Notes: generated from the letters alone by a model not told the origin. A DNA stretch of 63,994 nt, filler included, from Diploschistes diacapsis (GCA_023645945.1; 7 parts of 7 records of this genome joined end to end with filler, not necessarily neighbours in it), one strand, 5' to 3'; counted from the first letter of the whole stretch, positions 12,134 to 24,800 are shown. Numbers and translations: made by a program.

Positions 12134-15100
12134 ATGGTTTTCAAACCATTCTCCCATCTTGCTCGGCGATCTACAAAGGCTTTCGCCCATGGATACGCTC
12201 AATCGCTTGCTGCAGCGTCTCAATCCTCGTTTGCCTCGACTCAGACACCTTTAGGGCATTTCAATCACCATCGCTTCGGGAAAACGGTTTCCTTACAACA
12301 AAAGGAGAGTTATCATCAAAATGCTCTACACTCTAACGCAAATTCAAAGGCCAGCTCAAGCAGTCCTCATGAGCCTAATCAGGATGGTGGTCTGGACGCA
12401 TACCTTGCGGCCTGGCAGAAACATCATGGAAGCGAAGAATGGCAACAATTTGTGGCAAACAAGAGGCCGAGCTGGAGGCACAAAGCAGGTCTTCCAACGC
12501 GTCTGTTCGAGAAAGACGATAATGCTGCAAGACCTACTTCAGTCCCTAGGCATGCTCCAGCCATCGAGCGCGCGCATAGCACGAGCGCCTTGGATGATCT
12601 TAGGAAGGTCCAAGATGTTGTGGAGGCCGTAGCTCTGGAAGACGTCAATGAAACCATTCACAATGAGAATGTCGGTTATCAAGACGTTTCCCCAGCATCT
12701 GTGGATGAATGTACAAGGCTCGATGTCTTAGTGACAGGTGGAATATCTTCAAATCTGAGTACCCCAGCAAAAGAGCATGATCTCCCTTTATCTACGTCCT
12801 CAGAAAGCGCGGAGTGGCAGGCTCTCGTGGAGCAAATATCGTTACATGAGCAGTCGAGCCGATATGCCGATATACCGGCCGTTTTTGAAGCAATGCTTCG
12901 TTCCGGTCTCACACCACCAACTAGAACTTACAACTCGCTTCTTGTTGCAGCAATACGTCTTTCGACCTCGAATGCGCAAATAGTACCCAAGGCTCTTGAT
13001 ATTTATTCGAACATGCGAAGTCGCGATGTCATGCCCGACGACTACACTTACACACTCTTAATAGAGCTTCTTTCACTACGGGCCTTAGAAGTGACTGAGC
13101 TGAAAGCTTCATTAAGTCGCAACCTTATTCGATTCAAGCAATCTGATGGTGAGAGCAGCTTCATGTTACGCTCTCGTCAAACTGAGCTTGATATCGCTCA
13201 GGAAGATGATTCCTTTGGTATCGCTACGAAGCTGTTTAACTCCGCTGCTAAGCAATTGCCTCAGCTTACATTGCCAGCCGCAACATATCTATTCCTAGTT
13301 GAAGCCTGTGCGAAGCATGGGGACATTGACCAGATGATTCGAGTGTACACGCATATGGAATCGCGTACAGTAACGCCCCTAGGAGCGTTGTTTCCGCCAA
13401 TGATCAAGGCTTTTGCAGCCTCAGGAGATCTTGGTAGTGCAGTTGAATGTTACAACGGATACAAAAGCTTGGCAACGGCTGATAATAATGGCGTTTTCTC
13501 TTTGCGGTCTCGAGCAGATCTAGAGGTATACGGTGCACTCGTGAGATCTTATGTCATTTGCGGCAGGAATGATGGAGCCGAGAGATTCATGAGCAAGGTG
13601 CTCAAATCATTTGAAGGATTGGGTGTCCCTGCTATGACACAGCAGACGCGTGATTCGATTGTCCTCGCTGGCTTTGTGGAAGAGTGCGTGCTGACCGGAC
13701 AGTTTGAACAGGCTCTCGCTTTTTGCACTAGTGGGATCCTTTCCGCGGTGTCACAGGTACACGCGCTAAACACGATCTCAAGTGCCGCTGCGGATCATGA
13801 TAATGAGAACGTTGCGAGAACAGCTTACTCCAGGATCGCAGATGGCGAAATTACGCTCCTATCAGCCATTTCTATGCTTGCAATGTACCTTCGGAAAAAC
13901 GATATTTCTTCAGCACGCAGGGTTTGGCCACAACTGTCAAGCACAATAAATGCAGGGGCAAATCTCATAGAGCCAACCGTCGCATATACGGTGGCATTGA
14001 TTGATGACGGCTGCGTTAACGACGCTTTCACTCAAGCTAGACTATCATTTGACCGCATTCGGCAATCTTCCGGTTCCATGGAAAATACTCAGGCGATCTC
14101 AGACCTGATAGATGAAGGCATCGAATACCTTGCCAGGTCGCTTGCGAAGAGAGGTATTGTGCCTTCTCCGGAAGCATCCATGAACTTTATCTGGACTATG
14201 GTAGAAAATGGAGGCCTGCTGACTCCTGTAGTGGAGCAAATGCTGGCTGGTCTTGGTGCTGACGATGTCAGCAAGCTGAATTGGGCCGATCTAAAGCTTG
14301 CTTTGCAAGTCGAAGCAGGCATTATCACCGAAAATCAAGGCGAGTGCGAAGTCGCGCACCTGGCTAGATTTGCACATCTCCTTGAAAGAGCTATAAACAG
14401 CCAAATGCCCATCGATAAGCGAACAACACATCTAATTGAATCATCTTGCGGAAAACTCGGACTGGAGCGCCCGGATGTTGTCACATCGTGGGAGGTTTAT
14501 TCTCGTGCTGCACACTGCACGGAAACATATGCTCTGCCACCACCTACTGATAAGAGTTCTTCCACCGCCCAACCTTCGCGAATTCGAGAAGGGTTAGATC
14601 CTTATGCGAATACGCTCGACCAACGCGGTTCGGCTGTCCTCATCGATGAATTGGAAAAGCATGGAAGCAACTCCGCATATTGTTTACAGGAGGCTCTCAG
14701 TCGGTTGCGCAATATGCGACGAGCTGGGAGACACCCACGTTACATTGCTTATGCGAAAATGATTGCCGCAGCTGCGCGAGAGGGCCGAGCAAGTCTAGTG
14801 GGAGATTTGCTCAGTCTAGCGCAGCGAGATATGCCTCTCCTGCTAGAATTTTCTGTTGTGAGACATGGCTGGACGACTATATTGGATGCTATGGTAGGAG
14901 CTTCGTTATTACTCGGCGACCGATCAATGGCCGCGAAGTACCACCAAGAGTTGCTCGACATTGGTTCGGCACCCAGTGCGAATACCTTCGGGTTATATAT
15001 AACTTCGCTCAAGGAATCAACTAAGACGTTCGATGAAGCGACTGAAGCCGTCAAGATATTTCTACGTGCAAAAGCCGAAGGCGTTGAGCCTTCCAGTTTT

Positions 15101-16000
15101 CTCTACAATGCGCTCATTGGCAAGCTCGGAAAGGCGCGCCGTATTGATGACTGTCTCTTTTATTTCGCTGAGATGAGATCTCGAAACGTGAGACCAACCA
15201 GTGTTACCTACGGTACCATAGTCAATGCGCTCTGTCGAGTTAGTGACGAGCGCTTTGCCGAAGAGCTTTTTGACGAAATGGAGTCGATGCCCAACTACAA
15301 ACCTAGGCCAGCACCCTACAACAGCATGATGCAGTTCTTCCTGACTACAAAACGAAATAGTAGCAAAGTCCTCGAGTACTATGGACGAATGCAATCCAGA
15401 AACATCAAGCCAACAATGCATACTTACAAGCTCCTCATTGACACGTATGCTACCTTGGAGCCTATCAACTTGGCCGCTGCTGAAGGCGTTTTTGGCGCCA
15501 TCCGTGCATCTGGCCAGACACCAGAGGATGTACACTATGCGTCTCTTATTCATGCCAAAGGCTGTGTACTCCATGACATGGCAGGCGCGAGGTTGATCTT
15601 CGATGACGTTGTCCTAAAGGCTAGGACACGTCCACACCCATGTTTATACCAAGCTCTGTTGGAATCAATGGTAGCGAATCATTTCGTTAAAGACACGGAG
15701 GCCTTGACACAGGATATGCATCTCCGCGGAGTAGAAATGACAGCTTACATTGCGAATACTTTAATACATGGATGGGCATTAGAAAAGAACATACAGAAAG
15801 CAAGTTCCATCTACGATAGTGTTGGTAAGGGAAAGCGCGAGCCTAGCACTTACGAGGTCATGACACGTGCATTCCTTGCAGTTCAAGACCGCAAGGGCGC
15901 ATCTGCTGTCATTCAAGAAATGCTTTCTCGTGGATATCCATCTGCCGTGACAAGCAAAATCTTAGAGCTCGTTGGGCCTCACTCTTCTCAACATGTTTAA
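12134..16000 (+). CDS. Mitochondrial pentatricopeptide-repeat protein (Ppr5-like)
   Basis: 1288-aa intronless ORF with an Arg/Ser-rich N-terminus and tandem 35-aa PPR motifs (LYNALIGKLGKARRIDDCLFYFAEMRSRNVRPT / VTYGTIVNALCRV / PYNSMMQFF / HTYKLLIDTYA). The Ppr5 orthology is recalled, not computed. Confidence 0.9.
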   Translation: MVFKPFSHLARRSTKAFAHGYAQSLAAASQSSFASTQTPLGHFNHHRFGKTVSLQQKESYHQNALHSNANSKASSSSPHEPNQDGGLDAYLAAWQKHHGSEEWQQFVANKRPSWRHKAGLPTRLFEKDDNAARPTSVPRHAPAIERAHSTSALDDLRKVQDVVEAVALEDVNETIHNENVGYQDVSPASVDECTRLDVLVTGGISSNLSTPAKEHDLPLSTSSESAEWQALVEQISLHEQSSRYADIPAVFEAMLRSGLTPPTRTYNSLLVAAIRLSTSNAQIVPKALDIYSNMRSRDVMPDDYTYTLLIELLSLRALEVTELKASLSRNLIRFKQSDGESSFMLRSRQTELDIAQEDDSFGIATKLFNSAAKQLPQLTLPAATYLFLVEACAKHGDIDQMIRVYTHMESRTVTPLGALFPPMIKAFAASGDLGSAVECYNGYKSLATADNNGVFSLRSRADLEVYGALVRSYVICGRNDGAERFMSKVLKSFEGLGVPAMTQQTRDSIVLAGFVEECVLTGQFEQALAFCTSGILSAVSQVHALNTISSAAADHDNENVARTAYSRIADGEITLLSAISMLAMYLRKNDISSARRVWPQLSSTINAGANLIEPTVAYTVALIDDGCVNDAFTQARLSFDRIRQSSGSMENTQAISDLIDEGIEYLARSLAKRGIVPSPEASMNFIWTMVENGGLLTPVVEQMLAGLGADDVSKLNWADLKLALQVEAGIITENQGECEVAHLARFAHLLERAINSQMPIDKRTTHLIESSCGKLGLERPDVVTSWEVYSRAAHCTETYALPPPTDKSSSTAQPSRIREGLDPYANTLDQRGSAVLIDELEKHGSNSAYCLQEALSRLRNMRRAGRHPRYIAYAKMIAAAAREGRASLVGDLLSLAQRDMPLLLEFSVVRHGWTTILDAMVGASLLLGDRSMAAKYHQELLDIGSAPSANTFGLYITSLKESTKTFDEATEAVKIFLRAKAEGVEPSSFLYNALIGKLGKARRIDDCLFYFAEMRSRNVRPTSVTYGTIVNALCRVSDERFAEELFDEMESMPNYKPRPAPYNSMMQFFLTTKRNSSKVLEYYGRMQSRNIKPTMHTYKLLIDTYATLEPINLAAAEGVFGAIRASGQTPEDVHYASLIHAKGCVLHDMAGARLIFDDVVLKARTRPHPCLYQALLESMVANHFVKDTEALTQDMHLRGVEMTAYIANTLIHGWALEKNIQKASSIYDSVGKGKREPSTYEVMTRAFLAVQDRKGASAVIQEMLSRGYPSAVTSKILELVGPHSSQHV

Positions 16001-16392
16001 AGCTATAAGCGGATAGCCGCTGCAGTGCGGCACTATCACATGATTCATGACTCTCATTGTGTTTTCTCGGACTCGTTTCTTAGGATACCCAGGGACATCG
16101 AGGCGGCGTTATCAGTGTCTGCAGCAAGCATTCATTCAGGACCTGTTATTCGTATTACATCCATGGCGGACAGGAGAGGTTTGGGAGGACGTAATCTGTC
16201 TACTATCGCATCTTCTGGTGGACGGGGAAATGACAGAAACCTAAGAGTATATACAAAACTGTTGTACAATAGCCAGCAAATAACAATCTCTACTCAATAC
16301 TAGATAGGCCGATACTTGAAAATGTCAAGCGCATCAGTATTCTACCAACAACAATCCATATGTTGTGTAACAATATGGCTCGATCAATTAGA

Positions 16393-17182
16393 CTAGGGGC
16401 TCAATCTTTCTATTTTCCAATTCCATCCAGTCATTTCCGAAGATTCATCCTTCTGTCTAGTATATCGGAAACGGTCATGCAAGCGGTTATCTCTCCCTTG
16501 CCAAAATTCAACCACAAGAGGTATAATCCTAAGCCCACCCCAGAAGTCGGGTACTTCGATATCTTTATCGGCCAAGCCTTGAAAACTACGGTCTATATCT
16601 CGCACTCGCTGGTTGAGTATGTCTCTACCACCATCCTCTTCACGGAGCACTGAACTCTGCTCACTAGCCCATGCCCCAATCTTGCTTCCCCTCGCTCTCA
16701 AGGAAAAGTACCTTTGGCTCTCCTCTTTCGTGAGCCGTTCCGCTTCACCCTCGACACGTACCTGACGCTCAAGTTCTCGCCACCAAAAGGCCAAGCTAGC
16801 TTGGGGGTTGGAGCGAATGTCAGCCGCCTTTCGAGAGGTGGCCCAGTTGCTGTATATAATGAAGCCTTTGGAGTCCAGTTCCTTAAGGTACACAAAACGC
16901 GAGGAAGGCGCTCCTGAAGGCAATGACGCTGTGCTCAGGCAGACGGTCTCTGGCTGGTAAACCGATGCTGATTGCGCTTGTGAGAACCAGTCATTGAACT
17001 GAATGAAGGGATCACTGGAGAGATCAGTACGATCGAGCTTTCCAGAAAGGTATTGATCTGCCTGTGCGGAAGTAGTTTTTGCCCCAGCGGGTGCGACTAA
17101 ACATAGAATCAGCTGGACAACCCTCATATGCAATGCTATTGTGAATACAAATGAGTTTTTTCGGGGATTGGGTAGAGGCCAT
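16393..17182 (-). CDS. PDX3: Pyridoxamine 5'-phosphate oxidase
   Basis: PSSRFVYLKE, ERQVRVEG, SKIGAWASEQS, WGG, EFWQGRDNRLHDRFRY and C-terminal ERLSP. Short exon 1 MASTQSPKKLI followed by an intron. Confidence 0.95.
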
Positions 17183-17597
17183 GCGGGCTAGTTGAAGCGC
17201 TAACTGGATTTTGAATTGCATAAATCTAGATAGCGGAACTGATAATGATCATTCGTCTAACCCCAGATCGAAGCGATCGGAATGGTACGACTTGGCTTAT
17301 TGCATTACCCCAATTGAATAGATTTGCGAAGTGCTTTCCATCATAGATTCATTAGCACATTGACCCGGCAAGTCCGTGGAGGTACCTACAGTGGGGTCGC
17401 AAAAGTAGTTGGGTATGAAAACAACAAAACACGACCCACCAACTTTATCAAGCCACTGCGCGCTCAATAAAGCTTCAATGAATGCGCAAATTAGATCATT
17501 TTGAAGCTCTTAAATAGTAGATAATATTAATATTTAATTTGCCATCCTTGCGCGTCTATATAAGCCTATATACGCTTCGATATAGAATGAATTAATA

Positions 17598-18448
17598 ACG
17601 TGTTTCACGGGGATTCCGGCCACCCCCAGATTCCGGCCACCTCAAATCATTATTTTTATCTTATATTCGATCTTTCTCAATAATGACTACCTCGCATAGT
17701 AATAATTCGATTTTAATAGCATTTAATATTAACGATTATTTATAGGTCTTAAAATTATAATAATATATTAATATTCGAGAAACTGCCCGCGTATTTAAAA
17801 TATCTCGGTCGATTATTATAGATCGACTCGATAAAACTCAATCTCGCTCTAATAACTACGAAGCGATTTAAATTCTTTTAAATTTAAAAGAAAAGATATT
17901 AATACGATAGATTATACGTCTTATATAAACTGACTTTTTTATATCACCTGCGTTAATAGTAGAAATGGCCGAAAAGATTCGACGCGAAAAAATTCAATTC
18001 GATTCGAATCTAAAAATCATAATCACGAATCTTTAATTTATCGATAAAAATTAAGTATCGCGATTTCACAAACGATTTCTTAAAATTATTAATATCTAAA
18101 CGAAATAGATCGAGTCGAATAATTTAATACAATAAATTACGAAGCTATACAACGGTGGTTCGATATAGTAATAATTTAATATAATAAGGAATAATACGCG
18201 CCCGAATATATTTATAATATAAACGAGTTAAGTTTTAATATTAATAATAGTTCTTTTTTTAAAGCCTTCGTTTCAAGTCGAACAGGCTTAAATTAGAAAG
18301 TTATTAAAAGAAAATAAGAGTGGGTAACTATGATCGAATATATTTTAATTATTAACGGAATATTACCGTTTATAATTATTTTTAAAGTATTATATATTAA
18401 TATCAATTGGATTCTAGTCGAAACGTTTCGAAATTAGCTGTTTAATAT
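17598..18448 (+). mobile_element. RIP-degraded Fot1/pogo-family (Tc1-mariner) DNA transposon, left end, truncated by contig end
   Basis: TA at 17596-17597, then a terminus ACGTGTTTCACGGGGATTCCGGCCACCCCCAGATTCCGGCCACC with an internal direct repeat. The AT-rich relic translates to NIRETARVFKISRSIIIDRL (HTH-psq), PALIVEMAEKIRR, DKN*VSRF, NIYNINELSF, EWVTMIEYI and LPFIIIFK, matching the Fot1 transposase motifs GKNWV.RF, NIYNMDE.GF, REWVT.IECI and LPP.IIFKG. Confidence 0.9.
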
Positions 18449-18548
18449 NNNNNNNNNNNNNNNNNNNNNNNNNNNNNNNNNNNNNNNNNNNNTTAATTAA
18501 TTAANNNNNNNNNNNNNNNNNNNNNNNNNNNNNNNNNNNNNNNNNNNN
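18449..18548. other. Artificial contig-joining spacer
   Basis: 44N-TTAATTAATTAA-44N. Confidence 0.99.
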
Positions 18549-18549
18549 A

Positions 18550-19143
18550 GCCGCCACCCTCCTCGCCCAGCGCCGCCTGCACGGCTCATCCCACCACCAC
18601 CACCCCAGCTCCCTCGACGAAGAAGACCCCGCGCACAAGAAACGCCGTCCGCGCGTCCGCCTCGACAAGTACGGCCGCCCGCGCCCGCCGCGCCCGCCGC
18701 GCAAGACCCGCCGCACCTCGGACGACGTTGCGCGCGACCGGCTGGTCGAGGATCTGCTGCGGGAGCACCGGGTCGACCTGGGCGCTGCCACAGCGACGGC
18801 GATGACGGGGGAGAAAGACGGGGCGCGGGTTGATGGCGGCGGCGGCGGGAAAGGTGGGAGTGGAAAGGGAAAGGGGAACGATGAGGCGGCGGATGAGCGG
18901 CTGGCGGAAGAGTTCCGGCGGGAGTTTTTGGACGCGCAGGCGGCGGGGCGGAGGAGGCCGTTGGGGAATTCGTCTGGAGGCAAAGCAGGGGATAAGGGGA
19001 AGAAGGAGGAGGAGAAGAAGAAGAAGAGCAGGGGCCCCAAGTTGGGGGGGAGCAGGAGTACGAGGGCGGCGTATCATGCAAGGGAGATGGAGGAGAGGAG
19101 GGAGAGGGAGAACAAGGGGGAGAGGAGGGGGGCGAAGCGGTGA
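18550..19143 (+). CDS. 3' part of a conserved fungal protein, probably Hep_59 (HCA59/C9orf78-like) family; 5' truncated
   Basis: Open frame from the contig start: RRTSDDVARDRLVEDLLREH...AADERLAEEFRREFLDA...RGPKLGGSRSTRAA, which resembles the recalled C-terminus of fungal Hep_59 proteins. Confidence 0.65.
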   Translation, partial: AATLLAQRRLHGSSHHHHPSSLDEEDPAHKKRRPRVRLDKYGRPRPPRPPRKTRRTSDDVARDRLVEDLLREHRVDLGAATATAMTGEKDGARVDGGGGGKGGSGKGKGNDEAADERLAEEFRREFLDAQAAGRRRPLGNSSGGKAGDKGKKEEEKKKKSRGPKLGGSRSTRAAYHAREMEERRERENKGERRGAKR

Positions 19144-19764
19144 GAACGTAAAAGTGAAGCGGGGTGGTGTGGTAGGGGAGTGTGGAGGCTGAATGTATTG
19201 GGTTTGAGAGTCAGGGCGAGGGTTATATTGGTCTTGCAGAGGCACTCCGAGTGGCAGAAGTCAACGAGGCACGAATGTCTAAGCAAACAAGTCTTTTTCT
19301 TATTTGCCTAGTTTTACTTACGATTCCTTCCTTATTTTAGCTAGAACAAGTGAGCCAAGAACCGAAAGCCAATTTTTTAGGTGTACCCCAAGCTGGACCC
19401 TCCACAACCACATCTCTAGCTCTTTCTGGATACATATCCAGGAGATGCCTCGCAATTAACAAGTAACTGTTCTGCTTTTTTGAACACGGCCGTCAACAAG
19501 TAATTAATCAATAAACGCCATCGCGAAGTGGGTATCCTCATCCCTGCCATGCTGTATAACAAAACAGTCCGCAAGTCGGATAGCCATCAATGCCGAGACA
19601 AAAAGCTAAGCGAAGCTATGACATATGAGTATTGAGGAGTCGATCGACAGTAAGTGGAAAGCCGAAAGGCGTGAAAACACGGTTTACTATTTGTCCGAGA
19701 GGGGCGAGACAAATCAAGAAGTAATCCTGATCATCGAGATCGAATCACATATACCCTAGCCCAT

Positions 19765-21540
19765 TTAATTGATCTCCAAGCATTTCACATCGAAAGTGAG
19801 TTGGGAGTTGGCGGGGATGCCGGCCATGGCCTTGCTGCCGTAACCGAGATGCGCAGGAACGATGATTCGTCGTTCGCCACCGACGGTCATACCCTCGATA
19901 CCGACTTCCCAGCCCTTGATTACTTCACCGGCTCCAAGCTTGAAGGAGAAAGGCTTGCCCTTTTTGTTTGCTATTATTATATTAGTGAATGGTTTAATGT
20001 GCGGTGAAGAGATTTCATACCATCAAAGACTTTGCCGTCGGCCAATTTTCCGATATAACGCATGCTGACTCTGTGGCCTTTTTTCGCAGCAGGTCCGCTT
20101 CCAAGCTTCTTGTCATCGATCTTCACCCCTTGAATGGTCTTAATGCCGAGGCTTTGCTTTGGGGCTTCTGGCTCCTTTTTCACAGCATCCTTCTTGTCAT
20201 TCTTATCATTCTTGTTCTCGCTTTTGTTCGCCTTAGGCGGCTCTGACTTGCCAGTAGGACCCTGCTCCAAGTTCTTAGCAAATTGAACTTTCTTACCGCC
20301 TGGGCTCTCCTCCTTCTTGGCAGTTTTGATTTCAATTGCGGTGGCTGTCGTTATAGGCTGGCCGGCGTTGTTCTTGAGCTTCTTCAATTGCTTCTTTGTC
20401 AGCTTGGCGTCGCCGTTGGGTAGAGGCTCGGCCTTGAGCGACTTCTCCATGATCCCATCAAGAGTGGCGGATTCTTCGTCAGATCCGGTTGCCGGACGCT
20501 TGTTCTTGCCTTTACTGTTGTCCTTAGATGAAGCCTTGACCAGCGAAGGGGCTTCTTCATCGTCTGGCAACTCAGTAATACGAGGATCGTCCATGTCGTC
20601 AAGCTCATCGCTCTCCGATTCATCATCCAGCTCGTCTTCGTCCGGTGTAAGGTCATATGGATACTCTTCTTCGTCGTCATCATCCTCCTCGTCGTACATT
20701 CTATGAGGTCTGTCGTCTACGGGAAGGACATAGTTGCCGGTGAGGTAAATGCTATGTGTGCCAGATACCTTGAACAGAACTTCCTCATCCTCGCCAACAG
20801 TAATGTCAAGCGGCTGCTGGTAACGCTTGAAAGAGTTAGCGAGTGCGTTAGAGCGCAAAGAACAAGGACGAACCTGGCTTGAATCGAGCGTACAAATGAC
20901 GAGCTCCTCATCTCCGTCTTCCAGGTCTTCGTCGTCGGACATTTTTTCATCTGCATCATCAAGTGCAATAGCTTTGCCCTTGCCTTTCTTACCCGCGCCA
21001 TTGACGCCATTCGCAAGTTCTGTGTTCTTTCCGCTATCTTCGATTGCGTCCTTTAGTGCTTTGACGGCGGCTTCTTTGCGGGCCTTCTTGGACTTGGAAG
21101 GATCGCTTGGACCGCCGTTGGCCTCCTCGTCGCTAGAAGACTCATCGTCTTCATCATCCATGTCACCATTCAATAGTGCCCTCATATTCTCGTCATCCTC
21201 ATCGTCGTCCTCACTGTCGTCTTCTGAGCCAAGAGGTCGACGGATCAGCTTAAGCGTAGCGCGTGGAGTGGTACTGTTAATGGCACTGCCAGCGAACTCG
21301 GGCTCAGCGCTGGGATCAATTGCTGCCATAGTGATCCGATACTATGCGAGTTAGCCAGCCCACACAAACCACAAGATATTTTAGCTGGTATTCGTACGGC
21401 CGCGCGAAATTCTAGGTTCTTCACCTGACGTTAGCTAGCTGAAGCAGAATATAGGGACAGGAAGCGAGTACCGCAGGAATCGCGACATCCCCAGCAGGAA
21501 CCTTGAGGCCAAAGACGGCCGCGGGTAACAGAGCAGACAT
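19765..21540 (-). CDS. FPR4: Nuclear FK506-binding protein (nucleoplasmin-like domain + acidic tracts + FKBP PPIase)
   Basis: Start [17 protein letters not shown]; 27-nt microexon [36 protein letters not shown] and K tracts; FKBP domain ([37 protein letters not shown]). Confidence 0.93.
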
Positions 21541-22646
21541 TGTGAGTGCTCCTTTAAATCCACCAGAATGGGGAGTTCGAGGTCAGAGAATATGTTTTAA
21601 ACCACACAGGAGGAGGTACAAAAAGCCTAATATATGGAAAGTTCAAAATACCCGAGTTCAGCAGCTGAGGCTCTCGAGTTTCTTATGTCGAATACATGTA
21701 TAGTATGGATGAAAAGTTCAAGTAAATGAACCTTTTTTTTTTTCGTGTATCGGCAAGCTCTCTGCCCTATCGGTGCTCTTCAAGTTTTCTCCCGCTTCCC
21801 CCGCACCGGCAAAGCTAAGCTCTCAGCCCTATATCAACGGTGCTTCACAACACATTTGCCAAACAATCCTCGACGAGGCTACAGTACTTAGTTAGGCTCT
21901 AGTAATCGAAAACAGAAGACTTTCCTTCATCTCTGGAAACATCAATCAATTTGACCTTGTTTGCCCCAGTCCTGCTAGTTTGCTCTTGCCGTACTCTCTA
22001 ACAGCGAGACCTTCCATACCCGCCTTGAACGTGGGTTGCCTCCACTCTGCTGAGATACCTCATTTTATCTCCTTTTCGGATCTCTAAATCTTCTAAATTG
22101 AGCTTAATTCCTATACGCGATACCTCGACCTTGCTCCTTTTTGCTCGACAGGAAAGAGCTCACCTCGGCGCCTGCATTATCTCTGATCTTAAACCTCCTA
22201 GTAAGTTGGTCTGAATCTCTTCTCTAAGATCTGCATCTCTACGTCAGCAGCTTGCAGCAGGGGGATGAGGGTGTAGTTACGAGCCTCTAATTTGCGGCTA
22301 TCGCATTATCTGATTGGGTTGGTGATGGGGGCTGTTGCCCTCATCCATGTCATCTCAACGTTGGTGTGACTATGCCATATGCGGTTGGATATATGTGCAT
22401 CAGAACATGCTATTCGCACCCAGTTGCTTCTTTGTCCTTGCAGCCAGGTTTTTTAGATCAAGTATGAATATCTATAATGGGACAAAAATTTATCATTCCC
22501 TCATATGTCAGGAATACTCATATCTGCTTTCATACCTTTCTTTACTTCTCTCTCTCTTCAACTTTTTTAAAGACGCCCAAACTTGCCAGCACCATCGTAA
22601 TTGACTCTCGCCCGAAAATTATCTGAATTCTCAAACAGTCTAAACA

Positions 22647-23654
22647 ATGAAGAAACTGCTTGCAGTCTTTGGTGCGACTGGGAACCAGGGCGGCTCTGTC
22701 GTGCGGTTTGTGCTTCAGGATTCCCAGCTATCAGAAGAGTACGATATCCGAATCATTGTACGGAACAAGACTAAGTCTGCGGCCCGCGGTTTCGCCGCGG
22801 AAGGGGTGGAAGTCATTGAGGCCGATATAGATGACGATATCCGCCTCCAAGTGGCGTTAGCTGACGTTCACAGTGTCTTCGTGCTAACGAACTGTAAGTA
22901 CCTCACATTGCATTCTGGTTTGGGCTTTGACTGTAAATTATTAATCACATGATCAGTCTTCGATCATCTTTCCAAAGCAAAGGAGATTGAGCAATCCAAG
23001 AGAATCGCAGACATCGCGGTCCTCAAGGGCGTCGATTTCTTGATCTACAGCTCGCTGCCTTCAGCAACTCAAATCTCCAATGGCGTATATACGCATGTGC
23101 AGCACTTCGACGGAAAAGCTGAAGCTGAGGAGTACATCCGCAAGTTACCTATCAAAAGTGCATTCTTTCTACCTGCAGCATATATGCAGAATTTCCTCAC
23201 CAGTCTTCGGCCCCGCCCCATGGGTGATGGTACCCATGCTATCATTAGCATTGTTGCACCGGATACTCAAGTACCGATGATCGATGTTGAGCGAGACTCT
23301 GGTAAATACGTGGGCGCTATGTTAGCTGACCCGGCCAAATTTTGGGGTCGGCGCCTTCACGGAGCTGCATCCTGCTATACCTTCGCGGAAGCTGCGGGGT
23401 CTCTCAGCCGAGCTACAGATAGCAAAGTAATCTATCAGCAGATTACTGATGATGAGTTCAAAGCCAATTTGCCGGAAGCCATTCGAGAGGAGGTTGTCGA
23501 AATGCTCGCTCTTTTTAGGGATTTTGGCCTTTTCGGGCCCGATCAAGAGGCAATAGTGGCAGCTGATGTTCAGCTTGCGCGCCAAAGGCCCACGTCATTG
23601 GACGAGTTCTTCACTCGACACATGAGCGATTTTGGAGACCTGCGTTCGTCTTAG
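22647..23654 (+). CDS. NmrA-like NAD(P)-binding protein
   Basis: VFGATGNQGGSV Rossmann motif, IYSSLP, HFDGKAEAEEYIR, YMQNF; one intron at ~22894-22955. Confidence 0.9.
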
Positions 23655-24006
23655 ATATTGACCGAGAGAGAATTCCAAGGGACTCTAAGGCGTGAGGTGA
23701 GCACATTAAGGCGCGTCTGAAAGAAGGATGGTCACCTACCCATTTTACACTCCTTTATCCTTATGTACTCAGGTCTGCATATCAACCTTACACGTTCTCT
23801 ATATCGAAAAATAGTCTTTGAAATCTTTCGAAAACGCTATGCATAATTGGTTTCTTCTATAATGCTAGGCTACCAGGGGCAACACCGCTGGCAGTACACC
23901 CTTGCCCTTCAAAAAGCCGCTAAACCGAATTGAGACAAAACTGCGATAAGGGTTTCGGACTTGGACTTCGATTGGAACCGAAATTCAATACCACCAAACA
24001 CATTTT

Positions 24007-24800
24007 TCAATTGACCAATGGGGATGTGATTGAAACCTGCCCAAGCAGTCGCATCCCCACCGCTTGTTCGATTCTCTTAGAAGCCATGATCGGGATTCCT
24101 AGCCCTCTGTTTTTGCGAGTGGCCAAGGCCAACGTGTAAGGACCAATAGCAACGAAGATGGCGACGTAACAGCCTTTTTCGGCAGTCAAGCTTGCCATGC
24201 CCAGGATACCACAGACACTCTGGAGGACCCCAACCATGTAACAGCGACAATGAACGATGTTCAAGCCACAAACTTTGGGCGGTAGCGACCGGCAAATCCT
24301 CGGAAGTGAAGCGAGATGAGGAACGTTCCCATGTTCATAGACCTTGAGCAAATCATGGACCCCGCAGTGGCCGCCTTTGATCGAGTACACTTGTTGGCGC
24401 TGCAGCGGAGAATAGTACCAGGCACCTCGTGTTGGCATCTTCATACGTGGCTACTACGGCCTTATAGACAATCAAGCAGAATCTATCTACGATCCGAACG
24501 TATAGGTTAAGGCTGGAGATTCCTGTGCAATAAGCATACGAAAAGCCGAAGGATCGCCGTATCCAACACCTACGCAGACACTAAGCTCATAGTAGTAGGT
24601 GAGTTTCGAAGACTTCACGTGGCTGTATGTTGCTACTCTGGTGTACAAAGATATGATGGGGAGCATCTGTATGTCTTTGCTGGCAAATATAGCTAAAACG
24701 ACCTGGCGAGCCATTCTGGGAAGCTTGACCCAACAAGAGAGGATTTGCCGCCCAAAGGCTCGGAATCTGAATCTGGATTGTCGGCTGTTGATAACATAAG
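24007..24800 (-). pseudogene. Possible degraded MFS-transporter remnant
   Basis: Hydrophobic fragments in shifting frames, including GFAGRYRPKFVA* (similar to MFS motif A) and CYVAIFVAIGPYTLALA, interrupted by stops. Weak support. Confidence 0.3.
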
